Positions 49,898 through 59,105 of a stretch of 64,000 nucleotides of DNA are shown in pieces. The notes beneath the pieces were generated by a model that searched no databases, was not told where the DNA came from, and saw nothing but the letters and a program-made list of their open reading frames with translations. Each line of letters begins with the position of its first letter. The stretch's first letter is position 1. A program made the translations under genes and the position numbers. The DNA lies in contig CAWDDH010000003.1 in assembly GCA_963801105.1 (NCBI GenBank), positions 2,992,235 to 3,056,234 of the forward strand, written 5' to 3'. This DNA is from an uncultured Acidimicrobiia bacterium. GTDB lineage: Bacteria > Actinomycetota > Acidimicrobiia > IMCC26256 > JAENVU01.

Positions 49898-49942
49898 CGC
49901 GGCAACCTCCTCGAGCTGATCGGGTCAACCTACCGTCTCGGG

Positions 49943-50500
49943 TCACACGGCCTTCGCCAGCTCCCTGGCGAGCGCCGTCAGCGGCTCGACCTTGGTGCTC
50001 ACGTCGACGGCCGAGCCCCCGGAGTAGTTCAGCGCCCCCGTCCTGGCGCCGGCGACGAACTGGATGTCGACGACGTGGCCCGCCTCGTTGACGTTGATGA
50101 AGGCCCGGTCCCCCACCCCGGGGAGCGACCTCGCCGTGGGGAACACCTTCCTGCCGTAGTACGCCGCGCTCGGATACACGCGCGCCTGCAGGAGGTTGCG
50201 GACGGTGAAGGACTCGTTGACACCCTGATAGATGCAGACGCCGAGCGCACCGCCCTGGGTGCCCTCCGGGTCGGTCCGCTGCGCCGGCGCGCCGAACACC
50301 GTCGCGGCGTCGTCGGCCGTGATCGCCGTGCAGACGTCGACCGCGTCCGCTCCGGCCTTCGTCGTCGTGGTCGAGCCCGCCGTGGGGCGATCGGGTCCAG
50401 CCGACTCCGAGCTGCTCGTACACGCGGCCCCGGCGACGACCAGCACCCCGCACGTCACGACGAGCAGCCACCATCGAGACCGGGTCGTCGTCCGCGCCAT
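49943..50500 (-). CDS. lipoprotein of unknown function
   Basis: The start is MARTTTRSRWWLLVVTCGVLVVAGAAC, a signal peptide plus lipobox (ATG 50500). A Ser/Thr-rich linker and then a domain of about 130 aa follow. Confidence 0.6.
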   Translation of the reverse strand: MARTTTRSRWWLLVVTCGVLVVAGAACTSSSESAGPDRPTAGSTTTTKAGADAVDVCTAITADDAATVFGAPAQRTDPEGTQGGALGVCIYQGVNESFTVRNLLQARVYPSAAYYGRKVFPTARSLPGVGDRAFINVNEAGHVVDIQFVAGARTGALNYSGGSAVDVSTKVEPLTALARELAKAV

Positions 50501-50610
50501 CGCACCCCTCCTGGCCACCCGACCGGACACCGTACGCGGCGGACCCGGGAACCGCGTCGACCCGCGCCGCAGCGAGGCACCGGTAGCCTGCGCCGAGGGG
50601 ACGAACGACG

Positions 50611-51837
50611 ATGGTGAAGCTCAACTGGCGGAAATCCGAGACCCACGGGCTGCTGCCCGATCCGGAGCCCCGCGCGATCCGCCACACGCTCGTCTCGGTC
50701 GACGACCACCTCGTCGAGCCGCCCGACATGTTCGCCGGTCGGCTCCCGGCCCGGCTCCAGGGGTCGGCGCCGCGGGTGGTCGAGACCGCCGAGGGCCACG
50801 AGGTGTGGGAGTTCGACGGGCAGATCTTCTTCCAGGTCGGCCTCAACGCCGTGGTCGGACGCGATCGCCGCGACTGGCTCGTGGAGCCGACCCGCTTCGA
50901 CGAGATGCGTCCCGGCTGCTTCGACGTCGACGCCCGCGTCCGCGACATGGACCTCAACGGCGTGTGGGCGTCGGTCAACTTCCCGAGCCAGATCACCGGC
51001 TTCTGCGGATCGGTGTTCTCGCGATGTCCCGACCCGGACCTCGGACTCGCGGTCACCCGCGCGTGGAACGACTGGTTCTTCGAGGAGTGGTACGGCGCGC
51101 ACCCCGAGCGGTTCGTGCCGATGGGGATCACGTTCCTCGGCGATCCCGAGCGGGGTGCCGAGGAGATCCGGCGCAACGCCGCACGGGGGTTCCGGGCGGT
51201 CACCCTGCCCGAACAGCCGCACCGGATCGACATGCCGTCGATCTTCTCGGGGTGGTGGGACCCGATCATCGCGGCGTGCGCCGAGACCGGCACCGTGATC
51301 TGCCTCCACGTCGGATCCACCGGGGTCGCGGCGATGCCGGCCGACGCGCCGATGGTGCCGCTCGCCGCGACGCTCTTCGGCCAGATCTCACTCGCCGCGT
51401 GCGCCGAATGGCTCTGGTCCGGATACGCGGTCCGCCATCCCGATCTGAAGATCGCGATGAGCGAAGGCGGCATCGGGTGGGTCGCGATGCTCCACGATCG
51501 GCTCGAGAACATCGTGGACCGCTCGGGCTACGGCCACTACTTCGGCGGTGACCTGCGCCCGGCCGAGGTGCTCGGGCGGAACTTCTGGTTCTGCACCATC
51601 GACGACCCGTCGACGATCGCGACGCGCGCGACCGTCGGGGTCGACCACATCATGTTCGAGACCGACTACCCGCACGGCGACGGCACCTGGCCCGACTCGC
51701 AGCAGGTCTTCACCGACGTCTTCGGTGCCCTCCCGCCCGACGAGATCGCGATGATCAGCCACGAGAACGCCGCCGCGCTGTTCCGTCACCCGTTGCCGCC
51801 CGCGGGATCTCCCCACGCGGTCGGCATGCGGCACTGA
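50611..51837 (+). CDS. amidohydrolase-2 (ACMSD/TIM-barrel metal hydrolase) family protein
   Basis: Track ORF 50611..51837. It contains VSVDDHLVEPPDMF, WASVNFPS, VICLHVGS and IMFETDYPHGDGTWP, typical of PF04909-type amidohydrolases. Confidence 0.75.
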   Translation: MVKLNWRKSETHGLLPDPEPRAIRHTLVSVDDHLVEPPDMFAGRLPARLQGSAPRVVETAEGHEVWEFDGQIFFQVGLNAVVGRDRRDWLVEPTRFDEMRPGCFDVDARVRDMDLNGVWASVNFPSQITGFCGSVFSRCPDPDLGLAVTRAWNDWFFEEWYGAHPERFVPMGITFLGDPERGAEEIRRNAARGFRAVTLPEQPHRIDMPSIFSGWWDPIIAACAETGTVICLHVGSTGVAAMPADAPMVPLAATLFGQISLAACAEWLWSGYAVRHPDLKIAMSEGGIGWVAMLHDRLENIVDRSGYGHYFGGDLRPAEVLGRNFWFCTIDDPSTIATRATVGVDHIMFETDYPHGDGTWPDSQQVFTDVFGALPPDEIAMISHENAAALFRHPLPPAGSPHAVGMRH

Positions 51838-51937
51838 CGAATACCACTCAGGAGACGTGACGCCCGGGTGGGCGGGCGGTGGGGCATGCGGCTGCTGACT
51901 CGTCGCGGCACACAACTGCTCGGGCACCCGGACTCAG

Positions 51938-53119
51938 TCACGGCCCGCGGATCTCGACACCGCGAGGGTCGATGAAGTGGGCGTCGTCGCCGTCGAACTT
52001 CACGATCCAGCCGGGTCTGTGGACCAGGTGGTGGTGGTAGTCACAGAGCAGGATCAGGTTCGACAGGTCGGTGCGGCCGCCGACGCGCCAGTGGACGACG
52101 TGGTGGGCGTCGGTCCAGGCCGGGGGCCGCGTGCAGCCGGGGAACCGGCAGCCGCCGTCGCGGACACTGAGGGCGCGGCGTTGCGCGCGGTTGACGACCC
52201 GTGACTCCCGGCCGGTGTCGATGGGGACCGAGTCGGGGCCGAGCACCACGCGTGAGACGTCACAGTCGCAGAGGAGCCGCTCGATCGTCGAAGCGGTCAT
52301 GAGGCCGGTGTAGCTCCCGTCGAGCCGGCCCGGCGCGCCGTTGGTGAGGGTCGCCCAGTCGACGACCGCGGTCATGGAGGGCCGGGCCCGTGCGGATCCG
52401 TCCGGTCCGGACCGACCGACGGCCGCCATCGCGACACGGGCCATGGTGACGAGCGCGTCGACGCGGCGCCGTCCCGCAGACCGCGGGTCGTCGTCGCCGG
52501 GCGGGTCGGTGAAGTGGTGGATCGCGCCGACGACGACCTCGGCGGCGTCCTCCGACAGGTCCACGCTGAGGTAGGTGCGCCCGGCGTAGGTCTGCGCGAT
52601 CGACAAGCCGTCGAGGTCGCGTGGACAGGTGCCGTCGGCGGTCGCCAGGTTCCGGAATCGCCTGCAGGCCTTCACGAGCTCGCGGTCGAGCCGGTCCCGG
52701 GCCAGACCCAGCAGGGACGGTTCGACCGCGGTGAGCTTCAGGTCGTGCCCGTCCACGCGCGCGCCGATGATGGTGCGGGCCGCGGTCGCGGTGATCTCAC
52801 CCTCCCGCCACGCCCGACCCGTCTCGACCAGGGGTCCGGCACAGGCGTCGCCCGCCTCGATCGCGCCACGAGCCTCGCCGTGGCGCATCCCGGTGTGGTG
52901 TCGCAGCCACGCCATCGTCGACGACGAGCCGTCCGCCGCCCCGACCCCCCGCTGATGTCCGAGGTGGGCGACGCGGGCAAGGTGGCCCAGCACGCGGTCG
53001 ACGGCGGCCTGGGCGCCGATGAGCTCGTCCCTGATCTCCTGGTCCGTGAGCGACGCGGGATCGACGGCGATCACGGCATCGACCGCCGTGTGCAATGTCC
53101 CCATCCGTCCGCCGAACAT
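51938..53119 (-). CDS. DUF222 domain / HNH endonuclease protein (REP13E12-like family), second copy
   Basis: The start is MFGGRMGTLHTAVD (ATG 53119). The C-terminal HNH motif is CRFPGCTRPPAWTDAHHVVHWRVGGRTDLSNLILLCDYHHHLVH. Confidence 0.8.
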   Translation of the reverse strand: MFGGRMGTLHTAVDAVIAVDPASLTDQEIRDELIGAQAAVDRVLGHLARVAHLGHQRGVGAADGSSSTMAWLRHHTGMRHGEARGAIEAGDACAGPLVETGRAWREGEITATAARTIIGARVDGHDLKLTAVEPSLLGLARDRLDRELVKACRRFRNLATADGTCPRDLDGLSIAQTYAGRTYLSVDLSEDAAEVVVGAIHHFTDPPGDDDPRSAGRRRVDALVTMARVAMAAVGRSGPDGSARARPSMTAVVDWATLTNGAPGRLDGSYTGLMTASTIERLLCDCDVSRVVLGPDSVPIDTGRESRVVNRAQRRALSVRDGGCRFPGCTRPPAWTDAHHVVHWRVGGRTDLSNLILLCDYHHHLVHRPGWIVKFDGDDAHFIDPRGVEIRGP

Positions 53120-53132
53120 ACGTTCGAGTCTA
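53112..53132 (-). promoter_or_regulatory. LexA (SOS) box TCGAAC-GTAT-GTTCGG overlapping the ATG, preceded by a TAGACT -10 hexamer (leaderless layout)
   Basis: The minus strand reads ...caggTAGACTCGAACGTATGTTCGGcgg. This is a 15/16 match to the mycobacterial TCGAAC-N4-GTTCGA consensus. ATG 53119 lies inside the box, 7 nt after the TANNNT hexamer. Confidence 0.65.
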
Positions 53133-53221
53133 CCTGGGGGGTGCGACACACCTCGCGGCGAACGCGCCACCCGCCGCCGACCATCGCCCTCGGAAACGGC
53201 CCGGCGCCCGAGCCACCGCCA

Positions 53222-54418
53222 TCAGGCCGGGTCGAAGACCACCGGCAGTGTGGTGGGCGACCGGAACCGCTCGCCGTGGATGTGCACGTCGTCGGCCTCC
53301 CAGCGGTCCCGATCGGGCGCCAGGTTCGGGCAGCGGTCCAGCAGCCGGTTGACCGCGGTCATCATCTCCATCCGGGCCAGATGCATCCCGAGACACATGT
53401 GGACGCCATGGCCGAACGCGATGTGCGGCTGCGGCGCCCGGAAGATGTCGAGGTCGTCGGGCCGCTCCCAACGGGTCTCGTCGTGGTTCGCCGCTCCGAT
53501 GTTGACGGTCACGAAGCTCCCTCGAGGAATCATGACCCCCGCGACCTCGGTGTCGCGGGCGCACTCCCGCGACGTGATGAGGAGCGGACCCTCCCAGCGG
53601 ATCGTCTCCTCGATCGCCTGGGGCATGAGCTCGCGGTCAGCGCGCAGCGCCTCGAGTTGATCGGGGTTGGTGAGCAACCCGTACAGGAAGCTGCCCGTCG
53701 CGCGGTAGGTCGTCTCGGCACCGGCGGGCAGGAGCAGACGAAGGAACGAGAAGATCTCCTCGTCGCCGAGGCGCTCGCCGTCGAGCTCGGCCGTGGTCAG
53801 CTCGCTGATGATGTCGGTCCCGGGGTGCGTCCGACGCTCGTCCATGATGCCGGCGAAGTACTCCCGCAGCTCCTCGCTCGCGAGGATCCCCTCCTCGGGC
53901 CGGACCGCGACGTTGATCAGCGCGAGCGCGCGGGGGTGGAAGAACGCATGGTCCTCCCGCGGCAGGCCGAGGATCGCGGCGATGACCTGCGCGGGGTAGT
54001 GGTAGGTGAACTCGCTCACGAGATCCGCCTCGCCCCGCGCCACGAACCCGTCGATCATCTCGTCGACGACCGGGACGACGAGGTCCTCGTCCCAGTGCGC
54101 GAGCACCCGGGCGCGGAACGCCTGCGCGACCAGCGTCCGCAGCCGCCGGTGCTCGGGCTCGTCCATGCCCACGAGCGGGTACGGGCCCATCACGACGCTC
54201 ATGAACTCCCGGATCGAGCCCGACGGGAAGGCCTCGTGATCGCGCATGACCTGCGAGACGAGCTCGTACGGGTAGATCTCGTACCCGCCGTCCGCCATGA
54301 GCTCCACGGGCGAGTCCGCCCGCTTCCCGCGGAACGCGGGGTACGGATCGCGCAGGTCGCCGGCCACACCGGAGAACTGCGCCATCGGGTCGAAGGGGAC
54401 CGCCGTCGTTGCTGACAT
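53222..54418 (-). CDS. cytochrome P450
   Basis: The start is MSATTAVPFDP (ATG 54418). It has the I-helix LLLPAGAETT, the ExxR motif (ETIRW), and the heme loop FGHGVHMCLG. Confidence 0.9.
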   Translation of the reverse strand: MSATTAVPFDPMAQFSGVAGDLRDPYPAFRGKRADSPVELMADGGYEIYPYELVSQVMRDHEAFPSGSIREFMSVVMGPYPLVGMDEPEHRRLRTLVAQAFRARVLAHWDEDLVVPVVDEMIDGFVARGEADLVSEFTYHYPAQVIAAILGLPREDHAFFHPRALALINVAVRPEEGILASEELREYFAGIMDERRTHPGTDIISELTTAELDGERLGDEEIFSFLRLLLPAGAETTYRATGSFLYGLLTNPDQLEALRADRELMPQAIEETIRWEGPLLITSRECARDTEVAGVMIPRGSFVTVNIGAANHDETRWERPDDLDIFRAPQPHIAFGHGVHMCLGMHLARMEMMTAVNRLLDRCPNLAPDRDRWEADDVHIHGERFRSPTTLPVVFDPA

Positions 54419-54427
54419 TCGCGTCAG
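54412..54427. repeat. inverted repeat CTGAC-ATTCGC-GTCAG spanning the P450 start codon
   Basis: Read directly (gCTGACATTCGCGTCAGc). It is a member of the CTGAC-N6-GTCAG set. Confidence 0.6.
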
Positions 54428-54428
54428 C

Positions 54429-55769
54429 TTAGGTGGCGATCTCCAGGAAGCGGGCGTACCGCCGGGCGAGCGGCTCGGCCCACGCCGGCTCCGGGTCCAC
54501 CACCCGACCGGGGCGGGCCCAGCGCCGGGCCTCGGCCATCGTCCCCGTCTCGAGGCCGGCCGCCATCCGGGCGAGGTACGCGGACCCCAACGCGGCCCCC
54601 TCGGGGACCGCGGTGCACTGGACCGGGAGCCCCGTGCAATCGGCAAGTGCCTGCACCCACTCGTCGACCCGGGTGCCACCGCCGGTCGCGACGATGCGCC
54701 GGGGGGCGACGCCATGGGCCGCCGCCACGGCGTCGACGATCCGGCGGGTGACGAAGCCCGAGGCCTCGAAGATCGCCCGTCGGACGGCTGGGCCGTCGTG
54801 GGTGAGGTCGAGATCCACGAGCATCCCGCGCCGGTCCGGGTCGTGCAGCGGCACACGCTCGCCGCGCGGGTAGGGCGCCCAGACCGGCACGCGCGCGGGG
54901 TCCACCGCACCCGGGGTCGACGCACCCAGCATCCGGGTGGCCCAGTTGATGAACAGCCCGCCTGCGTTGCTCGGACCGCCGCCGAGGAAGCGGTCGGGCT
55001 CGGTGTACGGGATCACCCAGTAACCGGGGATCTCCTCGGCGCGGGGCGTGACCATGTTGGCGATGAGGGTCGTGCCCATGAGGACGAGCACGTCGCCGAC
55101 CCGGTCCGCCCCGGCGACGATCTGGTCGGTGAGCACGTCGATGCAGCCCGGGGCGAGCACCGGCCCGTCGGGACCGTCCACGTGCCCGCACGGCCAACCC
55201 GTGGGCGCGAGGCGCGGCAACTGTTCGGTCGACACCCCGATCCCGGCCGCGACCGCGGGATCCCATCCGGTCCAGTCGAACAGGGGAAACGCGATGCTGG
55301 CGGTCGTCGTGTCGAGCACCGCCTCACCGCCGAGGGCGTGGTTCGCCATCGCGGTCGCCGGCCAGAACCCGGCGGCGTCGGGCACGGTCTCGCGCGCCCA
55401 CCGGAGGAACCCGACGAACTCGCCCGTCTCCGCCGGGGTGCCCCCGCTCGACTCACCCTGCCCGCGGCCGTCGCCGTAGAGCAGGCCCGGCGTGAGCGGG
55501 CGACCGGCACCGTTCACCGCCGCGACCGACGGCACCATCGCGCTCACACTGACCCCTGCGGGGGCGGCGTCGAGGTCGAGGGCACCGAGCGCGGCGCGGG
55601 GTCCCTCCCGCCAGGCGATCGCGGCGTCGTGCTCGAACCGATCCGCGGTCGGGATCCGGATCTCGTGCGGGATCCGCGACTGCGCGATCACGGTGCCGTC
55701 CTCGTCGGCGGCGATCGCCTTGACGGACGAGGTCCCGATGTCGATGCCGACGGTGACCGGTCCGCTCAC
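54429..55769 (-). CDS. FGGY-family carbohydrate kinase (xylulokinase-like)
   Basis: The start is GTG 55769 (VSGPVTVGIDIGTSSVKA), making a GTGA overlap with the upstream stop. A late GGG...ATGGG pattern and a C-terminal GAALGSAYLA are present. Confidence 0.75.
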   Translation of the reverse strand: MSGPVTVGIDIGTSSVKAIAADEDGTVIAQSRIPHEIRIPTADRFEHDAAIAWREGPRAALGALDLDAAPAGVSVSAMVPSVAAVNGAGRPLTPGLLYGDGRGQGESSGGTPAETGEFVGFLRWARETVPDAAGFWPATAMANHALGGEAVLDTTTASIAFPLFDWTGWDPAVAAGIGVSTEQLPRLAPTGWPCGHVDGPDGPVLAPGCIDVLTDQIVAGADRVGDVLVLMGTTLIANMVTPRAEEIPGYWVIPYTEPDRFLGGGPSNAGGLFINWATRMLGASTPGAVDPARVPVWAPYPRGERVPLHDPDRRGMLVDLDLTHDGPAVRRAIFEASGFVTRRIVDAVAAAHGVAPRRIVATGGGTRVDEWVQALADCTGLPVQCTAVPEGAALGSAYLARMAAGLETGTMAEARRWARPGRVVDPEPAWAEPLARRYARFLEIAT

Positions 55770-56488
55770 CGGGCGCCGGCCTCCGCGAGCGCATCCAGCA
55801 CGACGTCGTGCAGGAGTCCGTTCGTCGAGAGCGCGCTCCCCGAGTCCGCGCTGCGCTCGCCTTCGAGGCTGGTGAAGCGACCGCCGGCCTCCTCGACGAC
55901 CACGAGCAGTGGGGCGAGATCCCACAGGTTGACGATGGGTTCGACCGCGATGTCGGCGGCGCCCTCGGCCACGAGCATGTGCTGGAGGAAGTCGCCAACA
56001 CCCCGCGAGCGCCAGACCACGTGGAGGAGGTCGATCATCGGCTGCGCGGTCGTGCGGTACTTGGTCCACGACGGGAGATCCGAGTAGCAGACCTGCGCGT
56101 CCGCGAGGTCACGGACCCCCGAGACGTGGATCATTCGCTCGTTGGCGAAGGCACCCTCGCCTCGGGCGGCGTACCACCGGGTATGCAGCGCCGGGGCGGA
56201 CACGACACCGACGCGCAGCTCGCCGTCCTCCTCCAGGGCGATGAGCGTGGCCCAGATCGGCACCCCCCGGACATAGTTGGCGGTGCCGTCGATCGGATCG
56301 AGGATCCAGCGGCGACGCCCGGAGCCCTCGACCCCGAACTCCTCACCGAGGATCGCGTCACCCGGACGCGCCGCCGCCAACCCGGCACGGAGCAGCTCCT
56401 CCGCCGCATGATCGGCCTCGGTCACGTGGCTGGTGTCCGGCTTGCGCTCGACCCGCAGATCGTTGGCGCGAAAGCGCGACATCGTCAA
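55766..56488 (-). CDS. hisN: inositol-monophosphatase-family protein, probably histidinol-phosphatase HisN; annotated start is provisional
   Basis: It contains WILDPIDGTANYVRGVPIWATLIAL and WDLAPLLVVVEEAGG. The conserved N-terminal helix (DLTLALELADAADAL) is encoded in frame upstream of the first ATG/GTG/TTG, with no start codon before the in-frame stop. Confidence 0.65.
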   Translation of the reverse strand: MTMSRFRANDLRVERKPDTSHVTEADHAAEELLRAGLAAARPGDAILGEEFGVEGSGRRRWILDPIDGTANYVRGVPIWATLIALEEDGELRVGVVSAPALHTRWYAARGEGAFANERMIHVSGVRDLADAQVCYSDLPSWTKYRTTAQPMIDLLHVVWRSRGVGDFLQHMLVAEGAADIAVEPIVNLWDLAPLLVVVEEAGGRFTSLEGERSADSGSALSTNGLLHDVVLDALAEAGAR

Positions 56489-56607
56489 CGCGTCCGCCGC
56501 GTCGGCGAGCTCGAGGGCGAGGGTGAGGTCGGGGTCGATGGCGAGACGGTACCCGCGGCACCGCGGTATGACGTCGTTCCGGGGTCACCATCGGTCAGGC
56601 TAGAGGG

Positions 56608-57138
56608 ATGGCACCCTCCCGTCGTCTCCGTCTGCGCCCGCTCGGCGCGATCGCCCTCGTCCTGCTCGTCCCCGTCGCGCTCGTCGCCTGCGACTCGGGA
56701 GGATCGAAGTCCCGCGCGACCTCGACGACCACACGGCGCCGGCCGCACCGCACGACCACGACCTCGTCGAGCAGCAGCACGAGCACGGTGCCGACGACCG
56801 CCACGACCGTGCCCACCACGCTCACGGTGCCGCCGACGACCTCCCCGGGTGCGGGCACCTGTGGCGCCCAGCAGAGCGTCATCACCGCGGCGGTCCTCGG
56901 CGGTGACCTCGGGCCGGTGCCGATCGGGAGCTACGACGTCGTGAACTGTCGCATCGCCGGCTCGAATCCGATCTGGGCCGCCGTCGGACTGAACCCCAAG
57001 GCGGGTACCGGCGTGACGCCATTGAGCGTCGTGCTGCAACGGCTGGGGGCGACCTGGACCGTCCACGCCTACGGGATCACCCGTGTCGGGTGTGACGCGC
57101 CGCCGCCCGTCCCGTCCGAGCTCGGGCTCGGCTGCTGA
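56608..57138 (+). CDS. lipoprotein with Ser/Thr-rich linker, unknown function
   Basis: It has a signal peptide plus lipobox (LLVPVALVAC), a long T/S/P low-complexity linker, and a C-terminal domain of about 90 aa containing 3 Cys. Confidence 0.6.
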   Translation: MAPSRRLRLRPLGAIALVLLVPVALVACDSGGSKSRATSTTTRRRPHRTTTTSSSSSTSTVPTTATTVPTTLTVPPTTSPGAGTCGAQQSVITAAVLGGDLGPVPIGSYDVVNCRIAGSNPIWAAVGLNPKAGTGVTPLSVVLQRLGATWTVHAYGITRVGCDAPPPVPSELGLGC

Positions 57139-57150
57139 CTCGCGGGTCAG
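57135..57150. repeat. inverted repeat CTGAC-TCGCGG-GTCAG containing both convergent stop codons (possible bidirectional terminator hairpin)
   Basis: Read directly. TGA 57136-57138 and TCA 57147-57149 lie in the arms. Confidence 0.55.
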
Positions 57151-58325
57151 GCCGGCAGCACCTCGAGCACCGTCGCCGAGCCCATCCCACCGCCGGCGCA
57201 CATGCTCGCCACGCCGATGCCGCCGCCCCGTCGGCGCAGCTCGTTCACGAGGGTGACGATCATGCGGGCGCCCGTCGCCGCGACCGGGTGGCCGATGCTG
57301 CAGCCGCTGCCGTTCACGTTCGTGATCTCGTGCGGGATGCCCAGGATCCGGGTGCTCGCGACGCACATCGAGGCGAACGCCTCGTTGATCTCGAACAGGT
57401 CGACGTCACCGATGACCATGCCGGCGCGATCGAGCGCCTTCGGGATCGCGTAGGTCGGGCCGAGACCCGTGTCCTGGGGCGGCACGCCCGACGAGGCCCA
57501 GGCCTTCACGACCGCCATCGGGACCAGACTGTGCGCCTGCGCGTAGTCGGAGTCGACGAGCATCAGCGCCGCGGCCGCGTCGTTCAGGCCGGACGAGTTG
57601 CCCGCCGTGATGCTGAACCCCTCGATCTCGGGGTGGAGCGGCTTGAGGCTCGCGAGCTTCTCCATGGTCGTTCCCCGGCGCGGGTGCTCGTCGACCTGGA
57701 AGGTCACCGTCTCGCCGTCGCGCCGCGTCACCTTGATCGGCACGATCTCGTCCTCGAAGCGTCCCGTGTCGATCGCGTCGACGGCCCGGGCGTGGGACTC
57801 ACAGGCCCAGAAGTCCATCTCCTCGCGCGTGACCTTCGCCTTCTGCGCAGTGTTCCACCCGACCGTGATCGACATGTCGAACGCCGGAGCCTCCGGCGTC
57901 TCGGGGTGGCTCGGCGACATCCACGGCTCCATGTCGTCGGTGCCGAGCTTGCGCTTCATCGCCGCCGGCGACGTGGAGATGGATTCGGTCCCGCCCGCGA
58001 TCACGACCCGGTCCATGCCGGCCCGGATGCTCGCCGCGGCGCCCTGGACCGCCGCCATGCCCGACGCACAGTGGCGGTTCAGCGCGACGCCGGGGACGTT
58101 GGCCAACCCGAGGTCGACCGCCGCGAACCGGGCGATGTCGCCGCCGCCCTGGAGCGACTCGCCGAGTTGGAGGTCGTCGACGTCCTCCTTCGCGATCCCC
58201 GACCGCTCGAGCGCTTCGCCGACCGCGTACGCGGCCAGGTCGAAGGCCGACACGTCGAGCAGCGTGCCCTTGCGGGCGGTGCCGATGGCGGTCCGGGCGG
58301 TCGAGACGATGACGGCGTCACCCAT
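57147..58325 (-). CDS. acetyl-CoA C-acyltransferase (thiolase II/I family, FadA-like)
   Basis: The start is MGDAVIVSTARTAIG (ATG 58325, with a GGAGGAT SD). It has the active-site context NRHCASGM, NEAFA, and the C-terminal GSGCSIGHPVAATG..CAGGGMG. Confidence 0.9.
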   Translation of the reverse strand: MGDAVIVSTARTAIGTARKGTLLDVSAFDLAAYAVGEALERSGIAKEDVDDLQLGESLQGGGDIARFAAVDLGLANVPGVALNRHCASGMAAVQGAAASIRAGMDRVVIAGGTESISTSPAAMKRKLGTDDMEPWMSPSHPETPEAPAFDMSITVGWNTAQKAKVTREEMDFWACESHARAVDAIDTGRFEDEIVPIKVTRRDGETVTFQVDEHPRRGTTMEKLASLKPLHPEIEGFSITAGNSSGLNDAAAALMLVDSDYAQAHSLVPMAVVKAWASSGVPPQDTGLGPTYAIPKALDRAGMVIGDVDLFEINEAFASMCVASTRILGIPHEITNVNGSGCSIGHPVAATGARMIVTLVNELRRRGGGIGVASMCAGGGMGSATVLEVLPA

Positions 58326-58381
58326 CGGGGAGATCCTCCGGTGTGGTCGGCGAGGGCGGCCCGGATCGTATCCCCCATCAC

Positions 58382-58397
58382 CTGACGCCCGTGTCAG
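58382..58397. promoter_or_regulatory. inverted repeat CTGAC-GCCCGT-GTCAG 57 nt upstream of the thiolase ATG (candidate operator)
   Basis: Read directly (cCTGACGCCCGTGTCAGc). It is a member of the CTGAC-N6-GTCAG set. Confidence 0.55.
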
Positions 58398-58460
58398 CCC
58401 CCGCCCCACTTCGGCACCGTCCGGGTCGATGGGTCCGACCACCGCGATCAACCGCGGGGC

Positions 58461-59105
58461 TCAGGGCCGGGCGGGGCGCACGTGACCCGCGCGGATCTCG
58501 CGGGCGAGGTCCTCGGCGGTGTGCACCACCGCGTCGATCTCGGTGGCGAACGCACCGGCGAGGCCGGGACCGTGAGCATCGGAGGAGGCGACGGCGGGTC
58601 GTGGCGTCACCGCGAGGGCCGCGGCGGTGAGCGTGTGCTCGAGGACCGTCGTCTGGGTGCTCGCGGCCTCGATGGCGTGGACCATCCCCCACTGCGGGAG
58701 GGCGACGATCTCCTCGGCGCTCGGCGGGACCCGTCCGCCCTTCATCGCCCGCTCCCCCGCGTAGTGACGCAGGGGATGCGGGAGCACGAGCGCGGTGTCG
58801 GACTGCTCGCACTCCTCCATCAGCTCCGCGAGCGTGTATCCCATCCACAGCGGCTTGCTGAGCGGACCGAACGCGAGCACATGGCCGACGTCGGTCGTCA
58901 GCTCGACGCCCGGGATCAGCGGGAAGCCGAGCAGGCGCGACGCGTCGGCCAGCTCGTCGTCGGGCCAGCGGACGTCGTGCTCGGTGATGCACAGCGCGTC
59001 CAACCCACGACTCCGGGCCGTCTCGACGAGCTCCTCGAGGGTCGTGCGCGAGCAGTTCGACCGCGGGGCGGTGTGCGCGTGGAGGTCGATCAGGCAACGC
59101 GTCAT
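58461..59105 (-). CDS. PHP (polymerase/histidinol-phosphatase) domain metal-dependent phosphoesterase
   Basis: The start is MTRCLIDLHAHTAPRSNCS (ATG 59105), making an ATGA overlap with the upstream stop. ITEHD, LPHP and SSDAH metal-ligand-like strings are present. Confidence 0.7.
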   Translation of the reverse strand: MTRCLIDLHAHTAPRSNCSRTTLEELVETARSRGLDALCITEHDVRWPDDELADASRLLGFPLIPGVELTTDVGHVLAFGPLSKPLWMGYTLAELMEECEQSDTALVLPHPLRHYAGERAMKGGRVPPSAEEIVALPQWGMVHAIEAASTQTTVLEHTLTAAALAVTPRPAVASSDAHGPGLAGAFATEIDAVVHTAEDLAREIRAGHVRPARP

